A model generated the notes under the pieces. It was given only the letters and a program-made list of their open reading frames with translations, was not told where the DNA came from and ran no database searches. From assembly GCA_000996355.1 (NCBI GenBank), contig LCAH01000004.1, forward strand, positions 14,501-78,500: a DNA stretch of 64,000 bases, given 5' to 3'. A program made the translations under genes and the position numbers. This DNA comes from Candidatus Uhrbacteria bacterium GW2011_GWC2_41_11. GTDB taxonomy: Bacteria > Patescibacteriota > Patescibacteriia > UBA9934 > GWF2-40-263. Numbering within the stretch: the first letter of the stretch is position 1; every line of letters starts with the position of its first letter. Of the stretch, positions 50,681 to 60,520 are shown one piece after another.

Positions 50681-53122
50681 ATGCCTTACGATCATCAATT
50701 CATTGAGAAAAAATGGCAGGAACGCTGGGAACGGGGGGAATCTTGGCGTGCATCCGAGGATCCGCAAAAAAAAGACAAAAAGTTTTATGCACTCGATATG
50801 TTTCCGTATCCTTCAGGAGCGGGACTGCATGTTGGTCATCCAAAAGGGTATATTGCCACTGATTTGATTTCGCGAAAGCGGCGCATGCAAGGATATAATG
50901 TTCTTCATCCAATGGGTTGGGATGCCTTTGGATTACCAGCGGAAAATTACGCAATCAAGGTTGGCATTCATCCGCGCGAAACTACAAAAAAGAATATTGA
51001 AACATTCAAACGTCAAATTCGAAGCATGAGTCTCTCGTATGATTGGTCGCGTGAAATTGCTACCTGTGATCCAGAGTATTACAAATGGACGCAATGGTTT
51101 TTTCTTTTTTTGCTTGAAAAAGATTTGGCTTATCGAGCAAGTGCTCCTGTGAACTGGTGTGATGCGTGTCAGACTGTGCTTGCAAATGAACAGGTTGTAA
51201 ATGGGACATGCGAACGATGCAAGAATGTTGTGATTCAAAAAGAAATGTCTCAATGGTTTTTTCGCATTACCAAATTTGCAGATTCGCTTTTAGAAGAACT
51301 TGATGGATTAGATTGGCCAGAATCAATTAAAGCCATGCAACGCAATTGGATTGGTCGTTCCGAAGGAGCGGAAATTACTTTTCATGGATTTCATGCGAAT
51401 GTAGATGATCCAAAAGAAGAAGAGACAAAAGAATTTTCTATTCCTGTTTTTACCACACGTCCGGATACGTTGTTTGGGGTGAGTTACATTGTTCTTGCTC
51501 CTGAACATCCACTTGTGGATGCACTTACTCATCCGGATTATCGAGATGCAGTTGTTGTCTATCGCGATGAGGCGCGTAAAAAGAGTGAACTTGAACGCAC
51601 CATGCTTGAACGAGAAAAAACAGGAACACCGATTGGTGCTGTCGTACGCCATCCATTTACAGGGGAAGAAATTCCTATCTGGATTGCAGATTATGTCATC
51701 GCGACCTATGGCACAGGAGCGGTCATGGGGGTTCCTGCCCATGATGAACGTGATTTTCTTTTTGCACAAAAATACGGACTTCCCATTCGTCAGGTTATCG
51801 CTTCTATGATGCTCGAGGAGGGAATTCATACCACAGACGAATCGTATGGAGGTTCTGGAATCTTAGTAAATTCAGGGGAGTTTAATGGCATCACAAATGA
51901 AGATGCAAAACGAAAAATCGTTGATGCTCTTGCATCTACAGGTCATGGTTCGCATGTGACGCAATATCATTTGCGCGACTGGCTCGTATCTCGACAACGA
52001 TATTGGGGCGCACCTATTCCTGTGATTTGGTGCGAGTCTTGTGGTATGGTTCCGGTTCCTCTGAAAGATTTACCTGTCTTGTTGCCAGACGATGTAGATT
52101 TTCGTCCAACAGGGGAATCCCCACTTGCGCGATCTGTTTCGTTTCATGAAGTGAGTTGTCCAAAATGTGGCGCATCTGCACGACGTGAATCAGATACCAT
52201 GGATACATTTGTAGATTCGAGTTGGTATTTTTTGCGATATCCAGATCCAAAAAATGAGACCTATTTTTCTGATGCGGAAAAGATGAAATATTGGTGTCCA
52301 GTGGATTTATATGTTGGTGGAGCAGAGCATGCAGTCATGCATTTACTCTATGCACGATTTTTTACGCACGTGCTTCACAAACATGGACTGATTGATTTCA
52401 AAGAACCATTCCATAAACTTGCGAGTCTTGGGTTGATTCTCGGACCTGATGGACAAAAAATGAGCAAGTCTCGTGGAAATGTCATTAACCCAGATGATGT
52501 TGTTACCGAATATGGAGCGGATGCCATGCGTACCTATGAAATGTTTATGGGACCATTTGCAGATTCCATTCAATGGGATCCAAAAGGAATTGTGGGTGTA
52601 CGCAGGTTTTTAGAAAAAGTGTGGGGATTAAAAGAAAAAATAGGAGATGTTTCAGATGTGGATGTCATGCGTCGTATACATAAAGCCATAAAAAAAGTAG
52701 ATGAAGATACAGAAGCTTTTGCATTCAATACAGCTGTGGCAGAACTCATGAGTACAACGAATTTGTTACAAGAACAGGAAACAATTTCGCGCGAAGAATA
52801 TGAGATTCTCTTGCAGTTGCTTGCTCCATTTGCTCCGCATGTGACGGAAGAAATTTGGGAACAACTTGGTCATGGAACCTCTATTTTTGTTGAATCCTGG
52901 CCTGTATGTAATCCAGAGCTTGCCAAAGATGACATGATTGAAATTGCCATTCAAGTAAACGGAAAATTACGTGCAACCATTCATATTTCTCCAGAACTTT
53001 CTCAAGAAGAAGTGAGTGAACGAGCATTAGCTGATCAAAATGTGCAGCGGTTTGTGGAAGGGAAAAAGATTGTGAAAATTGTGTATGTTCCAGAACGTTT
53101 GTTAAACGTGGTTGTAAAATAA
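50681..53122 (+). CDS. leuS: leucyl-tRNA synthetase
   Basis: HIGH motif (HVGHPKGY), KMSKS motif, CP1 editing domain. 813 aa. Confidence 0.95.
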   Translation: MPYDHQFIEKKWQERWERGESWRASEDPQKKDKKFYALDMFPYPSGAGLHVGHPKGYIATDLISRKRRMQGYNVLHPMGWDAFGLPAENYAIKVGIHPRETTKKNIETFKRQIRSMSLSYDWSREIATCDPEYYKWTQWFFLFLLEKDLAYRASAPVNWCDACQTVLANEQVVNGTCERCKNVVIQKEMSQWFFRITKFADSLLEELDGLDWPESIKAMQRNWIGRSEGAEITFHGFHANVDDPKEEETKEFSIPVFTTRPDTLFGVSYIVLAPEHPLVDALTHPDYRDAVVVYRDEARKKSELERTMLEREKTGTPIGAVVRHPFTGEEIPIWIADYVIATYGTGAVMGVPAHDERDFLFAQKYGLPIRQVIASMMLEEGIHTTDESYGGSGILVNSGEFNGITNEDAKRKIVDALASTGHGSHVTQYHLRDWLVSRQRYWGAPIPVIWCESCGMVPVPLKDLPVLLPDDVDFRPTGESPLARSVSFHEVSCPKCGASARRESDTMDTFVDSSWYFLRYPDPKNETYFSDAEKMKYWCPVDLYVGGAEHAVMHLLYARFFTHVLHKHGLIDFKEPFHKLASLGLILGPDGQKMSKSRGNVINPDDVVTEYGADAMRTYEMFMGPFADSIQWDPKGIVGVRRFLEKVWGLKEKIGDVSDVDVMRRIHKAIKKVDEDTEAFAFNTAVAELMSTTNLLQEQETISREEYEILLQLLAPFAPHVTEEIWEQLGHGTSIFVESWPVCNPELAKDDMIEIAIQVNGKLRATIHISPELSQEEVSERALADQNVQRFVEGKKIVKIVYVPERLLNVVVK

Positions 53123-53126
53123 AAAT

Positions 53127-53543
53127 ATGACGACAGATTTTGATCAAAGACCAAAGGTTGGAGTTGGGGTTTTTGTTTTAAAAGATGGAAAAATTCTCAT
53201 GGGTAAAAGAAAGGGAGCACATGGAGAAGGTTCTTGGAGTCTTCCAGGAGGACATTTGGAATTCAATGAATCTTGGGATATGTGTGCTGTGCGTGAAACA
53301 ATGGAAGAGACTGGTGTCACGATAAAAAATATTCGTTTTGGTACGGTAACAAATGATATTTTTCAAGAGGAAGGGAAACATTACATTACGATTTATATGT
53401 TGTCTGATTATGATGCGGGTGAAGTAAAAAACATGGAACCGGAAAAGTGTAACGGATGGGATTGGTTTGATTGGAACGAGTTACCTCAGCCCCTTTTCAT
53501 TCCTATTCAAAATTTACTGAAAACAAATTTTTATCCGTTGTAA
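53127..53543 (+). CDS. NUDIX hydrolase
   Basis: Nudix box GGHLEFNESWDMCAVRETMEETG. Confidence 0.8.
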   Translation: MTTDFDQRPKVGVGVFVLKDGKILMGKRKGAHGEGSWSLPGGHLEFNESWDMCAVRETMEETGVTIKNIRFGTVTNDIFQEEGKHYITIYMLSDYDAGEVKNMEPEKCNGWDWFDWNELPQPLFIPIQNLLKTNFYPL

Positions 53544-53575
53544 GAAAAAACCGTCAACAGTTATTGTCGACGGTT

Positions 53576-54373
53576 TTACCATATCAGAGGATGTGGTTTA
53601 TGTTTCCGAAAAAGGGCAATGGCTTTTTCAAGATAGATTTCTGCCCGATCCCATTCAATTGGATCCATAGTATTTCCACTTGAGCGCATCTGACCTTGCG
53701 CATCAATGCTGAGCCTGGGAAATTCACGAATAAGCGGTTCAACCAAGTGTATGCTGTCGGGTCCGAGTCCGCCTGCAGCTGCAATTCCAATCATTGGTTT
53801 TGCTTCGGTTAACGCACGGACAAAACGTGCAAGAAAAGATGCATTCATTCCGCGGCCTTCGCCCATACTGCAATCCAGAAGAATAAAGTCGAGAGCATCT
53901 CCATATGTATCGATTTTTTTTACAAATCGTTCTGGATCTTTTTGAATGATCTCCAATGCATCTCTTCCTGTTTGCAAAACAATCTCGATGTTTGGGTGCC
54001 TCTCTTTATACTCTCGGATGATTTCCGGATCAGGCCAAATCATGTCGAGTTGCAACGCATTCATGAATGGATTGCCATAAAGCGTTGCTTGTTCCAAACT
54101 TGATGCGATGTCTGTTCCTGTGTAGTCAGCATAATGAAGAGTGTTCATGAGTACTGGGTGGGGTACAAAGATTTCTGAAATATCTTCTTTTTTCGGAAAT
54201 ATTCGATTCCATCGTGATGGTATTTCATGGAGAGTTTTGTAACTCATCATCACTCCGACCATGAGTCGATATTGAAGCCCCAGTCCACCATGGGCAATAA
54301 AAACATCACACATGGATTTGATCTGAGAAGCATTCATAAAATCTGTAATCCCGATGTACGGTTTTTGCATGAT
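53576..54373 (-). CDS. TIM-barrel protein, phosphoribosylanthranilate-isomerase-like (tentative)
   Basis: Start taken at MQKPYIGITDF. The C-terminal pattern LLDCSMGEGRGMNASF...IAAAGGLGPDS resembles TrpF (LDxxxGGxGxxFDW...LAGGLxxxN). Confidence 0.4.
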   Translation of the reverse strand: MMQKPYIGITDFMNASQIKSMCDVFIAHGGLGLQYRLMVGVMMSYKTLHEIPSRWNRIFPKKEDISEIFVPHPVLMNTLHYADYTGTDIASSLEQATLYGNPFMNALQLDMIWPDPEIIREYKERHPNIEIVLQTGRDALEIIQKDPERFVKKIDTYGDALDFILLDCSMGEGRGMNASFLARFVRALTEAKPMIGIAAAGGLGPDSIHLVEPLIREFPRLSIDAQGQMRSSGNTMDPIEWDRAEIYLEKAIALFRKHKPHPLIW

Positions 54374-54537
54374 GTTTCTCCTGAATTTTTTGGCCTTGAA
54401 AAGAACGAGACAAAGGAGCATATCATGAGTTTTTTGAACGGGCAAATTTGGAAGACTTCTGATGTAAATTCAAACAAAAAAACCGCATCCGAGAAAGCGA
54501 TTTTTTCGCCCCCCGCAGAATGCGGTGAGATTGGCAT

Positions 54538-54891
54538 TCACCCACGCTCGGTCGTGGTGTGGGTGGTCTGACCACCGAACTGCTCTCCAAAATATACACT
54601 TCCCTCGAATTTGGATTCCCAATCTTTTTTCTTAGGATCACGACCCTCGAAAGAAAAACCTTGGAACCCATCTCCGAAGTCTTCGAATTCTATTCTGTTT
54701 ATCTTCACTTCAAATGTGAAGATATCGCCAGTGATCGGGTTGTCGTCCCGATCAACATACATTCCTTGAAAGCTCAAAAGGGATGAGCTCCCCGAGAAGA
54801 CCATATCCCGAACAACATCTTTGTTGGGACCGGATACTAATCTAACATTGTCGTAACTTGTAGAGTACCCCACAAGGTACCTCCTTCTCAA
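54538..54891 (-). CDS. hypothetical protein
   Basis: 117-aa ORF. Weak support. Confidence 0.35.
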   Translation of the reverse strand: MRRRYLVGYSTSYDNVRLVSGPNKDVVRDMVFSGSSSLLSFQGMYVDRDDNPITGDIFTFEVKINRIEFEDFGDGFQGFSFEGRDPKKKDWESKFEGSVYFGEQFGGQTTHTTTERG

Positions 54892-55101
54892 TGATGGTTG
54901 GTGGCCTGTTTGGCCAGGAACACAAAAACAAAACGTAATGGTTTATTTAGTCTATCATAAAATTATTTTTTTGTCAATTTCTTGTAACAATTTGTTTTAT
55001 AAAACATGGATAAGAGATTTTTTTGACCAAAAATGATTTTTGTGGTTAGTTTTCTTTAGTTTTAGAGCTGTTGTTCTCTTAAAAAACAAGGAGAAAGAGA
55101 A

Positions 55102-55587
55102 ATGTCAGATCCAAAAATGTTGGGAATGGAACACGTTCTACAATATCTTAAGAGAAAGTTTTGGATTTCAATTCTCCCTGATGTAAATGGATTTGTTGTT
55201 TGTATAAAAAACAACAAAGATCGTGTCTATCATCGTGCGGTGTCTCGACGGCTTTATGAAGCTTTCTTGTTTCTTGAAATTCAAGCAGAGACCTCTCTTG
55301 CACAACCGAATCCTGAACATGTGACTGAGGAACAGGCTTGGAGAATCACTGATGAAGCTGAAGATCTTCCGTGGAAAGACGTCGAAGCCATTTTTGAAAA
55401 AGAAATAGTCTCTGAATTTCGTTTTTGGAAAAAAGGTCATCGATTTACCTTTAAACTCAAAAGTCAGTCTCGGTCTTTGGATGAGGACACTCCACGTCTC
55501 ACTTGGCTCAGAAAAGGAACAGTGGCTAGTGAAAGTATCAAAGAACTTATGCTTGCTGTTTCTGCTACTCAACGAAAGGAGATCTAA
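55102..55587 (+). CDS. hypothetical protein
   Basis: 161-aa ORF with the strong SD AAGGAGAAAGAGAA before its ATG. Confidence 0.45.
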   Translation: MSDPKMLGMEHVLQYLKRKFWISILPDVNGFVVCIKNNKDRVYHRAVSRRLYEAFLFLEIQAETSLAQPNPEHVTEEQAWRITDEAEDLPWKDVEAIFEKEIVSEFRFWKKGHRFTFKLKSQSRSLDEDTPRLTWLRKGTVASESIKELMLAVSATQRKEI

Positions 55588-55679
55588 TGGTCTCACTTCT
55601 TATATCCGATCATGAAGTCCGGACTCCATGATCGGATTTTTTTGTCCATTTTTCTTTTGTTTGTTACCATATTTTTACT

Positions 55680-56996
55680 ATGAATATTGTTGTGATTGGA
55701 ACCGGATACGTAGGGCTTGTTTCAGGTCTTGGGTATGCAAAACTCGGCCATCGTGTGGCTTGTGTTGATGTAGATGTAGCAAAAATTGCTGCACTTGATT
55801 TGGGTGAAGTGCCTTTTTATGAACCAGGACTTCGGGATTTACTACGCGAGATGCAGGAACAAGGACGTATTGTGTTTACAACGGATTTGTATTCTGTAGC
55901 AGACGGGGCAGAGATTTTTTTGATTGCGGTTGGCACGCCTCCGACCGCGTTTGGAGAAGTGGATTTGCGAGCGGTTTTTCATGTGGCAGATGACATTGGG
56001 AAATGTCTTGATCATGAAGCGATTGTTGCTATCAAGAGCACAGTCCCTGTTGGAACAAATCGAAAAGTTCTTGATTGTGTGCGGGAAAAAATGATTGCAA
56101 TCGGACGCGAGAATGTAAGTCGGTGTATTCAGGTAGCTTCCGTCCCTGAGTTTTTAAGTGAAGGAAAAGCTCTTGAAGATTTTTTTGCCCCACACCGCAT
56201 TGTGATTGGTGCAGAAAATTATACGACTCACGATGTCATGGGTCGTTTGCATGCAGGTCTTCCTGGGACACGAATATGTACCACTCTCGAAAATGCTGAG
56301 TTGATAAAATATGCCGCAAACGCCTTTTTGGCCACAAAAATTTCTTTTATCAATGAGATGGCTTGTATTGCAGAACGAGTCGGGGCAGATATTCAAACCG
56401 TTGCCCATGCGATTGGTCTTGACCCGCGTATTGGACCTTCTTTTTTGAAAGCGGGGATTGGGTATGGCGGATCTTGTTTTCCAAAAGATGTTTCCGCTCT
56501 GCATCAACTTGCCGGTTTGAATGGATATGATTTCAAATTACTCGGAGCCGTGATCGAAGTGAATAATCATCAGCGTGATTGGTTTTTGCGCAAGATAGAA
56601 AATAGACTCGGAAGTGTACGTGGAAGAAAAATCGCGGCATGGGGGCTTGCATTCAAAGGGGGGACTGATGATATACGAGAATCTGCAGCACTGGATATTA
56701 TTCAACGATTATGTGCGCGCGGTGCTGAAATTTCCGTGTATGATCCGTTTGCCATGACGCGTGCACATGGATTGCTTTCTGATGATATTGTCTTTGCTCC
56801 CACAGCTATGGATGCAGCAGAAGGAGCTGACGCACTTGTTGTTCTCACTGATTGGCAGGAGTTTCGGGATGTCTCATTTTCTACGTTGCGTGAACGTATG
56901 GTAAATCCACTGATTTTTGATGGACGAAATTTGCTTGCAGACATGCACCTCTCAGGACTTGGCTTTCAATATGAAGGAGTGGGAACATCAGGCTAA
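55680..56996 (+). CDS. ugd: UDP-glucose/GDP-mannose 6-dehydrogenase family
   Basis: N-terminal Rossmann motif GTGYVGL and the catalytic Cys motif GGSCFPKD. Confidence 0.88.
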   Translation: MNIVVIGTGYVGLVSGLGYAKLGHRVACVDVDVAKIAALDLGEVPFYEPGLRDLLREMQEQGRIVFTTDLYSVADGAEIFLIAVGTPPTAFGEVDLRAVFHVADDIGKCLDHEAIVAIKSTVPVGTNRKVLDCVREKMIAIGRENVSRCIQVASVPEFLSEGKALEDFFAPHRIVIGAENYTTHDVMGRLHAGLPGTRICTTLENAELIKYAANAFLATKISFINEMACIAERVGADIQTVAHAIGLDPRIGPSFLKAGIGYGGSCFPKDVSALHQLAGLNGYDFKLLGAVIEVNNHQRDWFLRKIENRLGSVRGRKIAAWGLAFKGGTDDIRESAALDIIQRLCARGAEISVYDPFAMTRAHGLLSDDIVFAPTAMDAAEGADALVVLTDWQEFRDVSFSTLRERMVNPLIFDGRNLLADMHLSGLGFQYEGVGTSG

Positions 56997-58503
56997 TGGT
57001 TTCAGAGAATATGTAAAAAGGATCGTCGCATCTCCATCACGATCCTTTTTTGTGGTTTGTCTTTCGTTTATTGGAGGGGTTGTACTCGCTGCATTTTTGA
57101 ACCGTCCAATATTTGAAATACCTTTCTGGATTTTTGCGAATCTTTTTCTTTTTGCTGCTCTTATTTTTCCTTCTCGAACCGGAAAAATGATTTTGTGGAT
57201 CTTATTTGCGTTTCTTATTGGGTGGTTGCGATTTGGACAAACTTTTCCACCTTCGGGTATTCCCAATCTTTTGGAACTTAGTGGTCGTCAAACAGTGATC
57301 AAAGGAAAAATTCAAGGGGAAGTGGTTGTACGTACAAATAATCAAGAAGTGACACTCGTGAACATTCAAACACCTGATGAACCGCTTTTTGGAAAATTAC
57401 TTGTACGTATTCCACGTTATCCAACCGTTTGGACCGGAGACACACTTGCCTTTCGGTGTCGTATTCAAGTTCCCGAATCAAAACCTGGATTTCGTTATGA
57501 TCGTTTTTTGAATAGTCGCGGCATTCTTGCAACTTGTTCATATCCACAGGAGCTTGATATTCGTCCTGCAAAAAATTTTTCTTTTTCTCGTTTTTTATTA
57601 CAGGGTAAACAGACCATGTTGGATACCTTAGCTCTTGTCTTACCAGAGCCTCATGCAGGATTTGTTTCTGGGTTGCTTTTTGGAGGGAGTCAAACATTAT
57701 CCGAAGATTTGCGTGGAGATTTTTCGCGAGTTGGTGTTTCGCATGTGACAGCAGCATCCGGATATAATGTTGCAATTTTTTCCCAACTCCTTTTGCTTTG
57801 GCTCATGCGGAGTTCATTGGGTCGGAAACGGGCTCTTCCTGTGGCTGCAGGTTTTGTTGTTATTTATGTCTTTCTTGCAGGTGCAACGGCTGCGGTTGTT
57901 CGTGCAGGAATCATGGCTCTTTTGGCCATGCTCGGAACCGGATGGGGGCGCACACCATCGATGCGAAATATTTTGGCTCTTACGGCTGTTGTGATGCTTC
58001 TTTTGAACCCACGACTTTTGTTTGATGATGTCGGGTTTCAACTTTCTTTTGCGGCAACTATTGGGCTTGTGTTGCTTGCGAGTCGTTTTGAATCTCTGTT
58101 TCGTTTTGTTCCAGAAACATTCGGTGTACGTACTTCATTAGCCGCAACATTTGCCGCGACCACACTTTCAACCCCTGTACTTCTTTGGAATTTTGGAACG
58201 TTTTCTTTTATTGCTCCCATCGTAAATCTTCTCATTCTCCCATGGATTCCGTATCTGATGTTGTTCGGTTCATTTGCGATTGGGGTCGGATTTTTGTCTT
58301 CCAGTCTTGGAAGTATTGTTGCCCTTCCTGCGATTGGATTAAGTAGTATTGTTTTGCATGTGGTTCATTGGTTTGGATTGCTTCCATTTGCATCCTCACA
58401 GATTCCATTTGCCCAAGTGTTTGCTATTACAAGCGCTGGAGGAATCACTTTTTTTCTTGTATGGCTCTCACATCGCCCTCGCGCACAAGACATCGACGTT
58501 TAA
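56971..58503 (+). CDS. comEC: ComEC/Rec2 competence membrane channel (N-terminal DUF4131 + competence domain)
   Basis: Polytopic protein with the conserved ComEC core (GFVSGLLFGGSQ, SHVTAASGYNVAIF). The start is tentative and overlaps the ugd 3' end. Confidence 0.75.
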   Translation: MKEWEHQANGFREYVKRIVASPSRSFFVVCLSFIGGVVLAAFLNRPIFEIPFWIFANLFLFAALIFPSRTGKMILWILFAFLIGWLRFGQTFPPSGIPNLLELSGRQTVIKGKIQGEVVVRTNNQEVTLVNIQTPDEPLFGKLLVRIPRYPTVWTGDTLAFRCRIQVPESKPGFRYDRFLNSRGILATCSYPQELDIRPAKNFSFSRFLLQGKQTMLDTLALVLPEPHAGFVSGLLFGGSQTLSEDLRGDFSRVGVSHVTAASGYNVAIFSQLLLLWLMRSSLGRKRALPVAAGFVVIYVFLAGATAAVVRAGIMALLAMLGTGWGRTPSMRNILALTAVVMLLLNPRLLFDDVGFQLSFAATIGLVLLASRFESLFRFVPETFGVRTSLAATFAATTLSTPVLLWNFGTFSFIAPIVNLLILPWIPYLMLFGSFAIGVGFLSSSLGSIVALPAIGLSSIVLHVVHWFGLLPFASSQIPFAQVFAITSAGGITFFLVWLSHRPRAQDIDV

Positions 58504-58526
58504 CACGTTTCTCCAATCATGTACGC

Positions 58527-59390
58527 ATGACCATCGTTCTCAGTGGTTTGTGTTTTTTTGCTGTCTTTCTCTTTTTTTCTGAAACAAAAACAAACCTATT
58601 TGAAGAACATCATCCATTGCGTGTGTGGGTGTTTGATGTGGGTCAAGGAGATGCGATTTTTGTGGAGACTCCTGAGGGTCGACAAGTACTCATTGATAGC
58701 GGTCCAGATCAAGAAGTGTTGAATAAACTTGGATCTGTGTTGTCTCCTTGGGATCGAACGATTGATGATGTTCTTCTTACACATCCGCACGAAGACCATC
58801 TGGCTGGATTTGTGGAACTGTTGAAACGATATGATGTCGAGACGGTTTATGAAACAGGGGTCTTGAGTAGCTCTCCAACATATAAAGTATTTTCAAAAGT
58901 CGTCAAAGAAGAAAATGCAAATCATATTTTCGTTCACAGCGGAATGGAAATTTCATTGGAAAAAAATATTTCCCTTCGTATTCTCGCACCTGATCAATCG
59001 CTTACAGGAACAAAGTTGGAAAATTTGAATATGGCTTCGATCGTCGTTGAATTGATTTATGGAGAAACGTCGATTCTTTTGACCGGAGATGCTCCGTTTG
59101 AGGAAGAGGAAGATTTATGGGCAGATATGATCGTTCCCATTGATATTTTAAAAGTCGCTCATCATGGAAGTGGAACATCAACTTCGCAGCATTTTTTAGA
59201 AGTGACTCATCCTCGCGAAACGGTGATTTCTGTGGGAGAAGGGAATGATTATGGACATCCACATCCCGTCCTTCTTAAACGTTTGCAGGAGATAGGTACA
59301 CATATTTGGCGCACAGATCAGGATGGTGATATTTTGATCATTTCTTTTGGAGGCGAACCTGAGATTCAATCCAATCCCTTGCCGTTTTAA
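58527..59390 (+). CDS. ComEC C-terminal metallo-beta-lactamase domain, encoded as a separate gene
   Basis: MBL motifs LRVWVFDVGQGDA, HPHEDHLAG, VAHHGS. It begins 24 nt after the comEC stop, in a different frame. Confidence 0.75.
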   Translation: MTIVLSGLCFFAVFLFFSETKTNLFEEHHPLRVWVFDVGQGDAIFVETPEGRQVLIDSGPDQEVLNKLGSVLSPWDRTIDDVLLTHPHEDHLAGFVELLKRYDVETVYETGVLSSSPTYKVFSKVVKEENANHIFVHSGMEISLEKNISLRILAPDQSLTGTKLENLNMASIVVELIYGETSILLTGDAPFEEEEDLWADMIVPIDILKVAHHGSGTSTSQHFLEVTHPRETVISVGEGNDYGHPHPVLLKRLQEIGTHIWRTDQDGDILIISFGGEPEIQSNPLPF

Positions 59391-59436
59391 AAAAAAGAGC
59401 ATAAATTAAAGGCAAAATTATTTTTTCGGAGATTTT

Positions 59437-59901
59437 ATGAATGTACAACGCAGTCTTGTTCTTATTAAACCAGATGGTCTTCAACGCGATTTGCTTGGAG
59501 AAGTTATCGGACGTTTTGAGCGCAAAGGATTAAAAATTGTGGGGTTGAAATTGATTCGTTTGACCGAATCTATGCTGGATGAACATTATGCCCATTTGGC
59601 TGACAAGCCATTTTTTGCCAGTATTAAAGAATTCATGATGCAGACACCTGTAGTTGGGATTGTTTTTGAAGGAATTGATGCCATTGAAGCCATTCGTAAA
59701 TTGATCGGATCCACAAATCCACGACAAGCAGATGCTGGAACCATTCGTGCGGACTTGGCTATGAACGTCCCGTCCAATTTAGTACATGCTTCTGATAGTG
59801 TAGAAAATGCAACAGTAGAGGTGAAGCGTTTTTTCAAAGACGAAGAATTATTCCAATACGAAAAAATTACAGATCGGTACGTATTTGGAGAAGGGGTTTA
59901 A
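59437..59901 (+). CDS. ndk: nucleoside diphosphate kinase
   Basis: VLIKPDG, the active-site NxxHxSD region (NLVHASDS), 154 aa. Confidence 0.93.
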   Translation: MNVQRSLVLIKPDGLQRDLLGEVIGRFERKGLKIVGLKLIRLTESMLDEHYAHLADKPFFASIKEFMMQTPVVGIVFEGIDAIEAIRKLIGSTNPRQADAGTIRADLAMNVPSNLVHASDSVENATVEVKRFFKDEELFQYEKITDRYVFGEGV

Positions 59902-59917
59902 GAAAAAAAGAAAAAAG

Positions 59918-59944
59918 CCGTCCTCTGCGCGAGGGCGGTTTTTG
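59918..59944. terminator. bidirectional Rho-independent terminator between ndk (+) and a lipoprotein gene (-)
   Basis: Stem CCGTCCTC/GAGGGCGG with a 5-nt loop, flanked by an A-run and T5. Confidence 0.7.
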
Positions 59945-59948
59945 ATTT

Positions 59949-60314
59949 TTATTTTTCCTCATTGTCTGACGAGGAATTTTGTTGTGTTGTCTTTGGAATT
60001 AAAAAATAAGTTACGGCAATGGCTAGGAATCCCGAAAGACCGATAGCGACGGCCGCACTCACATCCCTTGTCAGAATGTAGTAAAACGGGCAAGTGACCA
60101 GGGAGATTAACCCTACATATTGAATTGTCTCCAAAAGTCCATGCCAGATTCCTCGTCCTCCAAAGAAGACAAGGAGAAGAAAAATTGCGCTACTTAGTTC
60201 GACATAGATAGGAAGAATATTCGTTGGATCCGTTTTAAGGTCTAAGACCTGTGTTTCCACGCCTGCGCATCCAATAAGAGATAAACAGAATAATGCAGCG
60301 AGAATTTTTTTCAT
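59949..60314 (-). CDS. membrane lipoprotein (hypothetical)
   Basis: Lipobox LIGC, then 2-3 TM helices. Confidence 0.5.
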   Translation of the reverse strand: MKKILAALFCLSLIGCAGVETQVLDLKTDPTNILPIYVELSSAIFLLLVFFGGRGIWHGLLETIQYVGLISLVTCPFYYILTRDVSAAVAIGLSGFLAIAVTYFLIPKTTQQNSSSDNEEK

Positions 60315-60520
60315 GGGATCTCCTTGTATCTATATGGTATTGGTTGAAGAACAACTATATTTTTCTTTTTTTGTCAAGATTATTTGACAAATGATGTAAA
60401 TATTTATTTTATTTTTCTTCTTTTTTCTATAAATGAAAAAGACATGTTGACTGTTTTCTTCTTTTTCGTTTAAGTTAAGAAAGGTGTTCTTTTTTAAAAG
60501 AGAGAGGTAAGGGAGGTCAC

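Noticed and set aside
50586-50954. ORFs overlapping the leuS start (50586-50867 +, 50700-50954 -).
   Set aside because: They overlap the N-terminus of leuS, which begins with a canonical leader and the HIGH motif.
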